The notes: generated from the letters alone by a model not told the origin. Counted from the first letter of the whole stretch, positions 1 through 13,424 are shown. The stretch is DNA of 57,364 nt, filler included, from Sphacelaria rigidula (GCA_964200075.2; 6 parts of 6 records of this genome joined end to end with filler, not necessarily neighbours in it), one strand, 5' to 3'. Numbers and translations: made by a program.

Positions 1-707
1 AGAACTTGTGCTCGGGTTGGGGCAGCCAACAAGAACTGAGCCTCGCTCAAAATAAGGTATTCTTAAGTGGTGACCGCCTCTGTATATATATATATATATA
101 TACGTATGGCGTCATTCTGGAGCCTCACCTCACAGCAACTACTGCACATGTGTACACGTTTTCGTGGCGCAGAATGGTACCCGTAAGGTGAAATTTCGGC
201 ACTCCACTTTACCCTCCTGCTTCCTTGCTTGAAGGACAATCTCAAGTAGTAGACACATTGAAATCAAGTTATGTGCTGGCTCCACGTTAAAACCAAGCAC
301 ATGTTGCACCCTCGAGGAGCGTCATCAAATAGATATCGATACTGAAGAAACTACTGATGAAGCATTGTCTAATGGCACAAACTAACACAACGCTTACTGG
401 CGGAAATAAGATAGGGGGGAGGGGGTACTATACTCTGTAGAACGCCTTCACGTACTCGGGCATACGAATACAATAGATGCTGCCAAGCCGGGAATGAACC
501 GAATTTCTCTGGGTAGCAATAATGGTCAACGCCAGGAGCATTCTCAAGTTTAGAGGCGATCGTAAACGAGGTATCGAAGCCTTCTCTACAGGATGACCGC
601 GCGTTCATGGAGTGGTTGGTACATGCACTGGTACAGAGTACAGAACAAGATCGTAGCTGCCGGCGGTCGGGGGTTGGATGCCGGCTGCGCATAGTACCTG
701 TGTTCCG

Positions 708-1287
708 TGTTGGAAGTTGAGAAAAAACAGTTCCGAATATACATACTCGAATCAGCGGTAAAACCAGTTGCGGTTCATCGTTAGAACAAAGATCGTAGGA
801 ATGACTGAAGTAGTGGGAAATTCATCGTAGAATAATGAGTAGCTCATGTACTGTAGAGCTCGCATAGAGAGAGTCAGCATATTGTCAGAATACTGAAGGA
901 TTGAGTACGAAGAGTCTCAGGTATTACCAGTTTGGATCAACAGTTTTATAGTGTCCAAGAGTTTTGTCGACAGAGTGAAATAGCCCCACGCTATTTACTC
1001 TCCACAGCGACTCACCTCAAGGAAGCCTACCACTTTGCTATCAGTATTCTATGCAGTAGAGACTGATTGCGTTTGATTTGAGTAACGCCCGGATGAAGCG
1101 GCAAGCTTAAAAATATGTTTTCTCATTACACAAGCAAGTGTTTAATCAACACTGTGCAGCCTCTGCGAGCTCTCTTGTCAGAGCTAGCTTCACCAGTCGA
1201 ACCGATTGTTCCTGTAACCGTGACAGTTGAACACTGTGTATTTTATACACAAGCCTCGATAGCCACATATATGTTCCACACCCAACA
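708..1287 (+). mobile_element. Possible LTR of a copia-type element
   Basis: Starts TGTTGG and ends CCAACA (inverted termini). It is followed by GGTTTAAGCC, a PBS-like motif. No TSD and no second copy in the window. Confidence 0.35.
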
Positions 1288-2099
1288 GGTTTAAGCCTCG
1301 CTCAACATTCCATGTCTTTGATTTTTTCTCAGAGATCGGTCGCGTTACGATGCCTTCGATTCGGGCATACTATCTGTAAATAATGTTGCCTCAGCGAGGT
1401 TGCGAGTGAAGAAGAGATAATTATAAGACGAAGCCAAACACGAGAAGAGTACATGCTGCCGGCGTCAGCGATGACTAGATGTAGATATATCCATCTTCTG
1501 CTGCACAGGGCACACAACAAAACGCATACTTGACCTTTGTACAGGGCAAGAAAACTACAAGATATGTTCTCGTCTTTCATTGATAGTGAGGTAACCTTAA
1601 ATGAAGGCTAACTGAAGAATGGGGACATGGGGGTTGAGTCGTCCTCACCACCCTCAATTTTACAAGGACTTCCACTGCAAAAACAAGAAGACAGAATATG
1701 AACACAGAGCTCGCCAGGCGGCGCCCACTCATCCCTACGCCTACTGGTAATGTTTCGAGTCTCGGGTTCGGTAGTAGATGCATGGCACCAAACCCGGTCG
1801 GTGCTTGGTACCCCTCGTTCGAAATGGTCGCTGTATGGGCCCTACCCTCTTCTTATTCCCTTTCATGTTCTTAGTCGTCCCATTTTATGTTTTTTCACGG
1901 GCAATCCCTGCCTGACGTTCTGCCTCACAGCGAGCCGCAACGTACTCCCACGGCCTTGCTTCTTATGACGATATACCGTCTGGAGCTCTGTCGCAGCCCG
2001 GTCGGGTCTTTCGTACAACGTTTCTAAACCGGGCGGCTTTCCTCCTACGGGTGAGTTTGTTTTGCCAAACAGCTGTGTTATGGGTCATCGACTGCAGGT

Positions 2100-5000
2100 T
2101 TCCCCAACAGGGCTGGAGGAGTAATAGTAAGACTTGAAAAGACCTTACACGTACCAGATTTAGCTTACAACCTATTCTCACTAGTGGCTGCGCACACACG
2201 AGGACTCCGCTTCTCTGATGACTCCGACATAAGTGTGACCCTACTGAGTGGGCGTCTTAGGTTTGGAATGATGGATCTGGATACTCAACGTACGGTAGAA
2301 TTATTGATTCTGATGATGACTACATCCACTCTCCCTCGTTGGTTCTCGAGTCTGTTGAAAATTCACTGCAAGCCGACCCCCCTGTTCCCCTGGCGTTACC
2401 TGTGATAGCCCCCAGTAGTGCTGACTCACGCGAGACTGCGGTAGACATCAACGTTTTCCATCGCGTACAGGAATATGCTTATGAATTCTATTGAGAGAGG
2501 CAGGGAAAACGCTAGGTATAAAGTTACTGGGTAACTTGAAACCGTGTACAGGATGTTCTATGGCGAAGGGGTACAGAAAGCCAATCGCAAAGAGCACGGA
2601 TTACGGTGCTTCACAGAAGTTAGGAAGAGATTTTGTCCATCTTTGCGACCCTAAGATAACTCCTTCGTTGCTTGGAAAGTATGTGATGATGATGAAGTAC
2701 AGTTTTACCCAGTACACATGGGTATATATTCTCGAGCGTAAGTCTGATACCGCTGATGATTTCAGGAAGTTTTCGGTTGATGTACATGCGGATGGTGTAC
2801 CGTCGGAAGTAATAATAGTTAGGTCTGACGACGGAGGGGAGTTTTTCAGTGGTGACTTTGAAGGCGTGTGTAGGCACTACTGTATCAAATAGGAATTCCT
2901 CAGCGCGAAGTGTCCGGAACTGAACCGCGCTGCCGAGACAGCTCTAGGTATCATTCAAAACGCCGCACTTGCTGCTGACATCCAAGCCCCCGTCCTCTCA
3001 CCACATGTCGAGCTACCGCCATCGGAGACCCTCTGGACTGAGGTGATATAGTGGGTGTGTGACGCCCTGAATCACACCGCGACGACGTCCAAACCAGGTA
3101 ACAAGTCGCCGTGCGAGATGTGGCACGGTAAGGCAGCACCTGCATCACCACACCCGTTTCTTCGTTCGGACTATTGTCGCTGGAACCGACCGTCAAAGTC
3201 GTTCCCCAAATACGAGAGTATCTTCTACCTCGGGCCCGGTATCAACCACCCCCGCGATTCATTGCGGACGCGTTTTTGTGCAAATAAAGTAGTGGAGACA
3301 AGGGACGTCATCGGGGAGGCGCCGCCGGTCATGGTGGTGCCTCGGTACAGCTGCGGCAGTCAGCTTCACCGACGCTGGCAGGAGTGCCGGAGCTGGGAGG
3401 GACGTCACAGTCGGTAGGGACGTCACAGTCGGTAGGGACACTAGAGCTGGGAGAGACTCCAGAACCGGGAGGGCTAGGTGATCTCGATTCTGCCCCACCA
3501 ACTCCATTACCGCAACTGGGGAGAGGAGTTCCTCATCAGCGTCGAGTGACATTTCCAGCGAAGAGCACAGACCATGGTGGTGAAGGTGAGCGGGGTTTTC
3601 TTGGCGATGAAACTCAGCCGGGCCCCGACTACACAACTGATTATTCACGTGTTTATTTGCCATTGTTGAGTAGTGAGCTGTACGTCGACGGCGACCTCTC
3701 AGTGGAGGAGAGCGACTCCTCCTCATTGGACGGAAGTGTTTCAGTTCCAACCGCAGTGCGGACTGCGGTGCGGCGACTCGAGTCAAATCTGATTGGTTCT
3801 GGAAATGACGAGGAACTGGTTGGACGGACCAGAGCGCAGACGCGAGCGCTCAATCAAGAAGCATCTGGGCTCGTGACCGTGTTAGGACCTGATGAAGGAG
3901 GCAACTAAACCAATGGCCTGCTGGCGGTACAGAAGTTTACCCGTGAGCCGGGCGAGGGCCCTAAATGTCTCGTCAAGGAAGCGGGACCGGAGCTGTTGTC
4001 ATACCCTGCGGCGTGTTCATCACAATACTCGTGTGGACGGAGGCGATGAGGATCGAGTTCGATGGACTTATGGCTGGCGGAACGTTCGTAGGCGTGACTG
4101 ACATTCCAGAGGAGTGCAACTTTGAAGGCGCGAAGTGGGTGTATAAATGGAAAAGTGATAACCGGTTAGTGGCGGCTATGGCATGTGTGCTAGATTGGGA
4201 TTTGAGGCACTTGGATGTAGACCAGGCTTTCATTCGGTCGGAGTTGGACACCGATATATACTTGCGCCTGCCCCCCGGTTGTGGATTCGTATCTGGTAAG
4301 GTAGTCCGCCTTAGCAAGGCTTTGTACGGCTTGAAGAAGAGTGTTCGTGCATGGTATCTACTGTTGTTGTCAACCCTGGTCGAGTGTGGTTTCGAGCAAT
4401 GCTTGGTAGATCCCTGTGTGTTTCGACTGAGGGTTGCTGAAGACGTTGTGGCGATGATGGTATCTCATGTGGGCGATATCATGATAGCAACTACTGAGGA
4501 AGTTACTACGGTAACAGCCGGTGCACTCAATCAGAGGTTTTTCACTACACCTCTCGGGGAGGTAGAGTGGTACATGGAGAGTAATCATAAAACGGACAGG
4601 GAGGAAGGTACTTTGGAGATTTCGAAAATCCAATTAATTACGCGTGTACTGAATCGTTTTGACGTGTAGAAGACAAGCCCCATTCCCGTTACCCCTTCTT
4701 TAGACCTCCGGCATGCGAGCGAGAGAGAAACCGTGGTGGATGTGCCTTTCCGTGAAATCGTGGGGAGCTTGATGTGGATAGCGAACCAGACGAGGCCCCG
4801 ATATCGTGAATGCAATTCGGGCAGTCGCTCGATTCTCTCCTGAACCCGAGCTAAATCATTACAAGGCGGCACAGAAGATACTCGAGTATTTGAATGCTAC
4901 GTCGGACTTAGGTTCACTTTTCAAGAAGAGTAGCGACTTGGGATGTAGTTTGATTTGGATACGTACGTTGACGCAAACTACGCCTATAAGGTAGAGGATC

Positions 5001-5420
5001 GACGTTCCGTTTCGGTGTAGCCATTCGCTGTGAAAGTACGCAAGTGTCTTGGGACTCTAGAACGCACAAGTGCGTCACCCTATCTAATACTGAGATAGAG
5101 TATGTAGAAACAACAAACCGTGTCAAGGATACCCTGTATGTGAGAGGGGTTTTGAAGTTCGTAATGCCCAGTTTGGGGTCGAAAAGCATTGGCGTTTTTG
5201 CAGGCAACAAGGGGGCGATAGACCTAGCTGAAAACCCCTGAAGCTCGCCCAACAGAAAACACATTGATAAACGGTACCCTTTTCTCACGTAGTTGGTTGC
5301 TAGCGTGACATATCCGGCAAGTATACTCAATCAGAAGAACAGCATGCGGACATTCTAACCAAAGCCATTGATGGAGCGAGTTATGAATGGCACCGTGATT
5401 TCTCCTTAGGCAGGATGTAA
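2100..5420 (+). mobile_element. Degenerate Ty1/copia pol (protease, integrase, RT, RNase H)
   Basis: Protease-like LHVPDLAYNLFSL (~2145). GAG-pre-integrase CTGCSMAK. Integrase IVRSDDGGEF and PELNRAAE. RT KWVYKWK, HLDVDQAF, LSKALYGLK, DPCVF. RNase H VTLSNTEIEY, NKGAIDLAENP, KHID. Order INT-RT-RH is copia-type. Many stops and frameshifts. Confidence 0.95.
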
Positions 5421-5555
5421 AATTCACCGCTTTTTCGTTGCAGTGGACCTCATCAATTGAGATGAGCGATGACATGAGAGAGTTCGATATATTGTAGCTC
5501 ATTCAATGACGATAAGGTCATGCTTGGGGTTGTCAGTCGATGAAGCTTGGGAGGG

Positions 5556-5848
5556 TGTTCAACATAGTTGATCCACGAACGAAAGCCAGGAGCATGGGCA
5601 GGGAAATTGCGGGGTACTCGGTTTTTCTGTCAAAGTTGCTGAGAACGTTCCTTGTGGTTGGAGAAAGGCGAGTCGTTCCGAGTACCTATATGTTGGGAAA
5701 TGTGCCGCGGATCTTGCGATGTTGTAGATTTTGGATCGTAGGCTGTCGTGACAGAGTAGTGCTCTACGCCCTACTCCCTCACTCGTCTCCTTCACCTCTC
5801 TTCGCCTAATTTCCTACGTTTCGATAGTAATAATTAAGACTTGAAACA
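5556..5848 (+). mobile_element. Probable 3' LTR of the copia element
   Basis: Directly follows the purine tract GGGAGGG downstream of RNase H. Termini TGTTCAA...TTGAAACA. Confidence 0.55.
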
Positions 5849-6609
5849 CATGACCATCTTCTTCCCAGTCACTGCAAGCGGACAGTAATCTGTTTGAGCA
5901 CACTGCAAGGGGCTGTTGTTGTTGCAGGGTCATCTGATTAACACGATAATTCGAACGAAACGTTGCACCCAAACAAAAAAATGCCCATAACCGACCAGAC
6001 TTATGGGGCATAGGTAGTTATCGCTTCCTGCTAGAGATATCTCAATCGCGAGTTCCCATAATTTTCAATAGTGCGCGTTTTGTGTTGAATATACCGGGAA
6101 CCTCGAGTTTGAGATACCTCTACGGATGACATGTCTAAAACCTGGTGCATTCCGCCACTGTTGCCATCACACCATCCCAATCCAACGCCCGCGGCCCAAT
6201 CCCTCCCCCACCTCCACCGGAATGGAGAATATGGACGCTCGTGTACACGGGTTCATACAAGAAACAATGGCAGCACAACCAGGAGGGCTTTGCTGATGAT
6301 GCCGGGAGTCATCGCAGGCGTTGCGTGGTGGCACCGTAGACAAAACGTCGAGTGCCAGGAAACGACGGTAGAGGTTGGAATGTATGTGCGTTGTGCTGCC
6401 CAACCATTCAACTTCCGGTGACAATATGAAGACTATTCAGATATGGTTATGTGGGTAGTTATGGACAAGGTAGTATGAAATTGAAATTTCGCGCGTCCCA
6501 TACGAATCTGGATCATGTAGAACCCTGCGAAGGAGCTGATATTGTTTTCGGGGGAAAACATGTTTCAAAATGAGGTTCAACTTCAAAACAATGCTTTCCC
6601 TGACCTCAA

Positions 6610-6937
6610 GTGTGTTTTCGTCCCATCTGATCTGGACGTCGGTCCACACCTTTCGGTATATGTTGGCGCACCAGCCGGGTCACACAGGAGGAAGGCCAAC
6701 ACAGGAGCGCTCTCGTTTTGTTTATTTTCAGTTCTCCACCTTCCTGCGGTGCTCGCCTTTATTTTTCATCGCGGGAGGGGTTCAGAAATCTCTTTCCGTC
6801 GTCGAACATGAAATCGAATCATGTGTACCCACGATATAGTCGCTCTCAACTGTTCGTGTGACTGCACCGAGATTCAAATTCACAACCCAGCTGTCAGAAG
6901 GTTTCGAGGTTACCAACTGAGCCACCGGGGCGACCGG
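6610..6937 (-). mobile_element. tRNA-derived SINE
   Basis: Minus-strand head CCGGTCGCCCCGGTGGCTCAGTTGGTAACC has a Pol III A box, followed by a degenerate B box. The body is shared with copies near 38.7 and 40.8 kb. Confidence 0.8.
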
Positions 6938-8549
6938 TCTAAAGTCACGAGATATGACTTTTACACAGACAACCTCATGCCCCCCGATCTCCCTAAAACT
7001 ATTTTCAGGGGCTCTCGTCCTCCGTTCCCCCACAGCGTATGTGCCAAAGCAATTTTTGCCTTCCTTTTGGGTTGAAAAAGTGATGATCTTAGCACGAAAA
7101 TGGTGCTTTCGCACATACAGTAGTTTACAGCTGAAATAGGGGGATTTTGTTTTTTTTTCGTAGTCAGCGATTTTCAGTAGTGTTTTCGCGTGCCACCGCT
7201 CATCCCAGTGAACGTGTGATTCCGAAGTTTGGAGGTCTAGAGAAACTAGGCACGGCTTCACACCCCGAAATAAATCATATCCGCACTCAATATTGAACGA
7301 CTTACGGGCTGACCGGTTTCGAAGGTCCTGCGACTACCCAGCCCCAGGTTCTGGCCCTCGGGTGTCTTTACTCCTTTGAAGTAATCTCGATTGTCTTCGT
7401 GGATACGTGTAGAGGAATATGTTTTTGAATTTCTACCCATCCATTGCGCTAGAGCCGACAGGTTTCTTTTCTGGGCTAGTGACGGTCGGTAACCCCCCCT
7501 GATAAATGGGATACTTACTCCTCGTTACCCCGACAACACCAATGAGATGAGGATCATGTCCTGAGCACGACCTGATTCTTCTCGCAAACTTTATCGGCGC
7601 TGGAACGTTCGAGTGCCAAGGAAGAATACTATTTGATAAAACTCAAACACGTACCAAACTACGGAAATTGCCAAACCTAGCTCTGCTCGGCACACGGGAG
7701 GGGCGGGGGGGAGGGGGGTGTACTCATGATCATGCATGCCATAGTTACATGATCGTTAACCTCGCATCCCTACAAAGCCGGGACGGAGCACGCCGGGTTT
7801 TCGCCGGACCAGGCTTGNNNNNNNNNNCAAAGCGCCGTGGTGTGTTCGGCGAGTCGCATGAAGGGTGACCTACATCCTGCTGAGTGTGCTCGGCCTAAAG
7901 TCTACTGATTATCTCGATGATGGTCTACAATGAGTTGCTTCATTTCTGGTATTGCCACTTCCAGAGACAGCCCCGGCTTATAAACTGCCTCATGGGTATC
8001 TCACCATTGAAACACTATGTAGTAGATCATCCCCATCGTGCGGAGTTGAGGTTCTCGCACGCCGCACAACATGATTGAGAGCTCGACTACCATCATGGCT
8101 ACCGCGCGTGGCGGGGGGGAGGTGAACCAGTCCTGATAGCTCTCGTGAATATTTCTACTAAGGACCCTTATTATTCGTCTCCACCTATATGTTGCCCCGG
8201 AGTCGAAAATAAACGTGTTTTGGACTAAGCACGGCCAGTAACACCCCCTGTCAATCCGGTCCGTAAGGCGTTCAACATTGACCATGGAAATGGTCTTTGC
8301 TTCGGAATGCGGAGCGGATGCCGAGTATCTCCCGATCCCCAAGCTTCGGGTTAATACATCAACTGGAATGAGCGGTGACACGCGAAAAAACTACCGCAAA
8401 TCGCCGACTACAACAACTTCATTCAAACCCGCCATTTTAGCTGAAACCTACCCCTTTCTTCGGGGGAACGGAAGACGGTAAACCCCCGAAAGAAAGGGTG
8501 GGGAGTTTGGGGGGCATATGGTCGCCCATAAAACGTCAGTTGTCATTAC

Positions 8550-8975
8550 TTTGGTCAGGTCAGGGAAGGCACTGTTTTGGAGTTGATTCTCATTTGATGA
8601 TCAACCTCATTTTAGAAAGCCATCCGTGAAATTATGCTTGCACCCTGGTGCACCCTCAAACATTCTGTGCACCCTTGAAACGTGGCGAACACAACGAGTG
8701 GCATGTCACGAGTGGGAGTCTGTTCGAAAAGGGTGAGGAGGGTTGAGGTGGTCATGCAGCCATGACAAGCCGCTTGTCATATTTTCCATCATCCGAGCAA
8801 GGGTGCAAACAAGTTTGAGGGGATAAACCACGGTGCGCACATGATACTTACACCACAGACGGGATGGGTCAGCTTGAACCAGTTTGTGGCGCTTGACCAG
8901 CTTTGCTCGGCACGTGTTTCGCGAGAACCCTCCCCGCCCAGAAATTAAAAGTCAGTTGAGGATTCCGACCAAAAT
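8550..8975. mobile_element. Diverged foldback/MITE-like element
   Basis: CACCCTCAAACATTCTGTGCACCCTTG (~8651) is inverted relative to CAAGGGTGCAAACAAGTTTGAGGGG (~8798). Boundaries approximate. Confidence 0.4.
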
Positions 8976-9479
8976 CGAAGATGACGTCGCACTGTTTGAT
9001 ACGTTTTTATTTTGTTAGGGGGGGGGGGCAGGGAGGGGCGTACTTTCCAGTTTCGGAACACTGAACACGGTTATGGGCCCTATAACAGGTAATATCGCTA
9101 CTACACGTCTTGAAAACTTCTCATCACCCCCCCCAAAGGCCTACCCCAGTCTTCTGATTCGCTTGGCTTGAAAAACAAACTCCGACACCGCATTTCTTGC
9201 CCAACTGTGTATTCTTCTTCAGAGCGTATTGTTGGAAGCTTGGAGGCAAGTGAATCGGAAAGAAATACGTTCGTGAGATCAGGGCCGATTTTTTTTTCCG
9301 GAATGGGAGCTTTTTCGTGATTTACACCAAGACGGTTGGATCGTCCGGAACGACCGTCGCCCCCCTGAAGGCCCGTGATCTGCCGAGATTTTGGTGCGAA
9401 AATATTCGGAATCGACGTAGTCAGTGCAGGGTTGTGAAGGAAAATATATCCAAAAAAGGGGGGAGGGGGGGGTGTAGTC

Positions 9480-9579
9480 NNNNNNNNNNNNNNNNNNNNN
9501 NNNNNNNNNNNNNNNNNNNNNNNTTAATTAATTAANNNNNNNNNNNNNNNNNNNNNNNNNNNNNNNNNNNNNNNNNNNN
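9480..9579. other. Artificial contig-joining spacer
   Basis: 100 nt: N44 + TTAATTAATTAA + N44. Confidence 0.98.
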
Positions 9580-10879
9580 TAAAAGCTCCAAAAAGACATT
9601 TTTCTGGGTTTTTATTTTTGTTTATTATAGGAAGCGGCCTGAGCTCACTGTACCGTATGCATGTGAGATTTCCAAAGTAGGTCATACTGAGAGGTATGTG
9701 AGGCATATATACTGCGGCCTTTCGGGGCTTAGTTGCACAGCTCCATCGAGAGAGGGGTTTCCCCACGTGCACCGACTGGTGGTAACGGCTGTCGATATCT
9801 GAGCGCCGGTGGGCTTAGCGGTGAGGGGGGGGATTGTCACAGAGCGCTCTGACTTACGGGAACCGTTCACGTGCGTTCTGTAAGGGGTGTTGAAGTTCGT
9901 CCTCGAAGAAGTCCGCCTGCCATGTTCGAATTTCCATCCGTGACCATGTGATGGGGAAGTGGATATCGACATCGTGGAAACTGCGCCTGGCTTTCATCTC
10001 ACTTCCATTTCAAATGCGCTTGATGAGTGATTCTACGGTAGGGGTGCACACCTTAGTCTAGAAGTTTTTTGAGGATGCAAACTAAGGCCCAGATGTTTGG
10101 CATCGAAAGGATCCAAAAGTGCGGAGCCCCAGAAGAAAAGTGTGCACCCTTACCGCAGAATCACTCTCATGTTACGTAATATTTTAGCCGATGAAGGCCA
10201 GGAGGGCACGCATCCGCCTGGGGAGCAATGCTGCGGTAGAGGTGCACTTTTTTTCACCCCCAGTTGGTATTACAGTGACCCCCGCACGAGCAAGCGAACA
10301 ATGCGACATGGTCAGCTTTTTTCTTCCGTTCTTCCTTTGTCCATGGCGCTGGTAGTGAAATCCTTTCTCCCGCAGTCAGGGGGTTTCAAACTGTTCTGAA
10401 ATAAAATGCGGATTCCCGACTCTAGGTGTACCCAATATCATCAAGAGCCATCCCTTGAAAGCCACCAATAATACTGTAGCTAGGGAATTTAACGCAAAAC
10501 CTCTTTGAAAGCGGTCTGTGTGGGATCGAGTAATACCCCCAACACGTGGTATTTCGGTGGTGTGGGGTTTTGGAGTCATCGGATTTCCACTGATGAGTAT
10601 ACATGGAAGACCAGCAGAGGTTCTTGACGTTTTCCTCTGTAACTCTTACGGAAAAGCTCCGAGTGTCCTCAACCTTGGCAGCTTGGTAAATATGGGGGCT
10701 ACGGATGAAAGGCGAGATTCGTTGAAGAAAGTTTTATTATCCCCGCGTGAAGACCCCCAGAAGCTAGTGCAGATTTCTTCGACATAGCAATTAAAATTTC
10801 ACGCGTCCTGAGGTATCCGAGCAACGTTTGCATAAAGTTTTACACCCTGTACAACTGTGGCTAACACATAATAACTTAG

Positions 10880-11185
10880 TTAGTTGCTTGTCGACCAACT
10901 ACCAGCTAGTTGTTTCCAAACAACTAGGTGCGCACGATTCTGAGGGATTCGTTGTTTGGAAACAACTAGTTGCACACGATTCTAAAATAGTATAGCTCGT
11001 TGTTTCCAAACAACTACGACGTGTCCGCACGATTTCGAAACAGTTGTTGTTATGAAACAACTTGTTGGGCATGATTTTGGAACAGTAATTGTTTCGAAGC
11101 GACTATAATAGTTGCGCATGGTTCTGAACAGTTAGTTGTTTGGAAACAACTAGTTGCACACGATTCTGGACAAGTAATTGTTTGA
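10880..11185. repeat. Degenerate tandem array of palindromic units
   Basis: Recurring GTTGTTT(GG/CC)AAACAACTAGTTGCACACGATTCT, about 7 units of roughly 40-50 bp. Confidence 0.8.
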
Positions 11186-11215
11186 TGGCTGCATGAATGA
11201 AGTCTTCCGGTGAGA

Positions 11216-11472
11216 GATGCTGCGATAGGGTCAGCATTTTTGTGGCCAAAACCGGTCTGATTCAGGGGTTCCTCATTGATCAAATTAGAAACTACACAAG
11301 AATATGGGTGAGGATATCCCCGTTTGCAAATTCATTAGGGATATCCCTAGCAAATTGGAAGAAAAACCCTGGCGTACTCTCACCTATTTCGAAAGTCGTG
11401 TTTTGGATTAAATAAAGGGTTCCTAACAACTCTTATCTCAGGCCGTAAAAGTGCTGACCCTATCGCAGCATC
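11216..11472. mobile_element. MITE with ~32-bp TIRs
   Basis: GATGCTGCGATAGGGTCAGCATTTTTGTGGCC ... GGCCGTAAAAGTGCTGACCCTATCGCAGCATC. Confidence 0.8.
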
Positions 11473-11633
11473 AATCGAACTACGATACAAAATAAGGGAC
11501 GGCCGGCAGCAAGTCTCTGCTTTGTCTCTGGAATGCAGCTGTATACAGGCGGTGGTGTTTAATACTCGTCAACCAGTACTACCGGGAAAGATATGGTTGA
11601 CTTCCGTGCCTGAGCATCCAGGTCGGTCACCGA

Positions 11634-12341
11634 TCAGCTCGCGACAGCGAATATATGTCTCAACTTTCTTGGAATAGAGTCAACTACCGACGGGGAGTAA
11701 CGCACCAGCTCCAAGGGCCGTGGAAGTCTTCTGTTGTAGACCGCCTCGAGTTCCTTCATGGCATCGCCTTCCTGTTCTTCAGCCGGCATGATTTCTCTTG
11801 TATCTGATATTGTCTTGTCCACGGACGATATATAGTCCCTCACGAACAGCTGGAAATCTTCCAACCCGTACGTACCGTCTATCATTTTGTGCACGCCGCT
11901 GTTCACAGAAATCGGAATCGAAAACATCAAACGTCGCACCACATTCTGTGACAGGTCGACTAGTGTGCAGTGATATTTACTCACACGGCGGCGCATTCTT
12001 AAGTGGTCTCGATATAGACAGAGCGCCTTACCTCGGGCGGCGGACGGGCCACAGATTAACGGCACTCACTCCCTAAACCTGTCCGTCCAAGCAAGACGAG
12101 GCACCACGCTCTCGATTCTCTCCACCAGGTTGTGCGCGATGCGGGCGTTTTTGGTGATCCGATCCCAATCTTTCGGTGTGGGTGTCATCTTGTTCGCCCT
12201 CGAATGTCTGTCGTGGTACGGTCGAAAATCGAGGATGAACGTTGTTCGGGTACCGTCCTTGGGATCTTTCATAAGCATCGCGATACATTCGAAATAAAGA
12301 CACATCTGCACTCTCCGCCTGTGATGTGTGGCCTCGCTCAT
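11634..12341 (-). pseudogene. Decayed coding region of unknown function
   Basis: ORFs 12066..12341 and 11634..12065 are in the same frame, separated by one TGA that overlaps a GTGAGT donor-like motif. Globular-protein-like composition, no family recognised. Confidence 0.4.
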
Positions 12342-12755
12342 CCTCGAAAACAGCCATCTGCAAGACCTCCGGTGTTTACACGGAACGATATCGTCCTCCA
12401 GTGATTCTGGTACAAAACCCTGTTGATCTTATATTTAGTTTGCCACGATGAGTGAGGTCGCACATCACAGCCGGAGAATGTTTTTGTATTTTGATTTCGA
12501 AACCTTTTCGATGTTCATGAAGGTTCCCGAGGTTCGTCCTCTACCAAAAAATCTATCCTCAATTTTGAAAATAGACTGCTTCGAGTGGAGGGGGGGGGGG
12601 CATGTGTAGTTACAGGGTGGATAATTTTTCCTGACGGTCCATCAAACAGGACACATACCATATGACACACTATCGTCATCCTTCGGTGCGGCGAATTAAT
12701 GGAGATAACTCGAGATTATCACAACAAGCGACTGGATGTACCGGCGGTGCATACC

Positions 12756-13424
12756 TTACGAGCATATATTGACGGCGATCGATTGCGCTGGGGGTTTGGC
12801 GTGTAGATCGCCGTAAGCCTTGCTCTTCAGGTACGTCAGCGAAATACATTTCGCGTCGATACCGGGGTCCGACGTCTGGAACGCCCAGGCAATGGCTTTC
12901 ATTGCTTCCGGTGTAGTGGCGAAGCAGGCCTTTCGCCAGTGCCGCATCGTCACCAGCGGCAGAGAATTCAAACCCAACTGTTTTCGGTGACGAGGGGACA
13001 CCAACGAACCATGGAGAAAAACATATAGCAGATGCGGTGAATCCGAGTCGGCCATTTCAACGTCCGTAGAAGTTCAAAATGATTCATATTACCGTACACA
13101 TCTTCTCCCGACTGAACAGAACATCGGTACCGGCCCCCACATCGAATCGTCGCCCCCCCGCTCCCGAGCGGCAACTTCACTGCGACCGTCGTGCGTGCTG
13201 CATGACATACGTGGTCGAGGTCTGTCGTGGTCGCTGCACACAGGATTATTTCTCGACGTATGAGCGGGTGGGAGACGCAGTACACGCGTCGTGAACCCTC
13301 CGGCAACTAGTGTACAACAACATAAGCGGACTTGACTCGGTTCCGAGATGTAACATAAATGACCCGCGGCGCACATATGATACAATACGACTTTAAACTT
13401 CACCCAATGCCCACTATCGTCCAC
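12756..13424 (-). pseudogene. Possible frameshifted coding remnant, unknown function
   Basis: Three overlapping protein-like ORF fragments in different frames. No motif recognised. Confidence 0.3.

Noticed and set aside
2120-2140. Match to the end of the 3' LTR (AGTAAT...TAAGACTTGAAA)
   Set aside because: Short, and runs directly into protease-like coding sequence. The similarity does not extend.
6131-6421. Possible host exon
   Set aside because: No recognisable domain and no consistent splice partners.
9524-9535. TTAATTAATTAA as a biological motif
   Set aside because: Synthetic linker embedded in Ns at every contig join.
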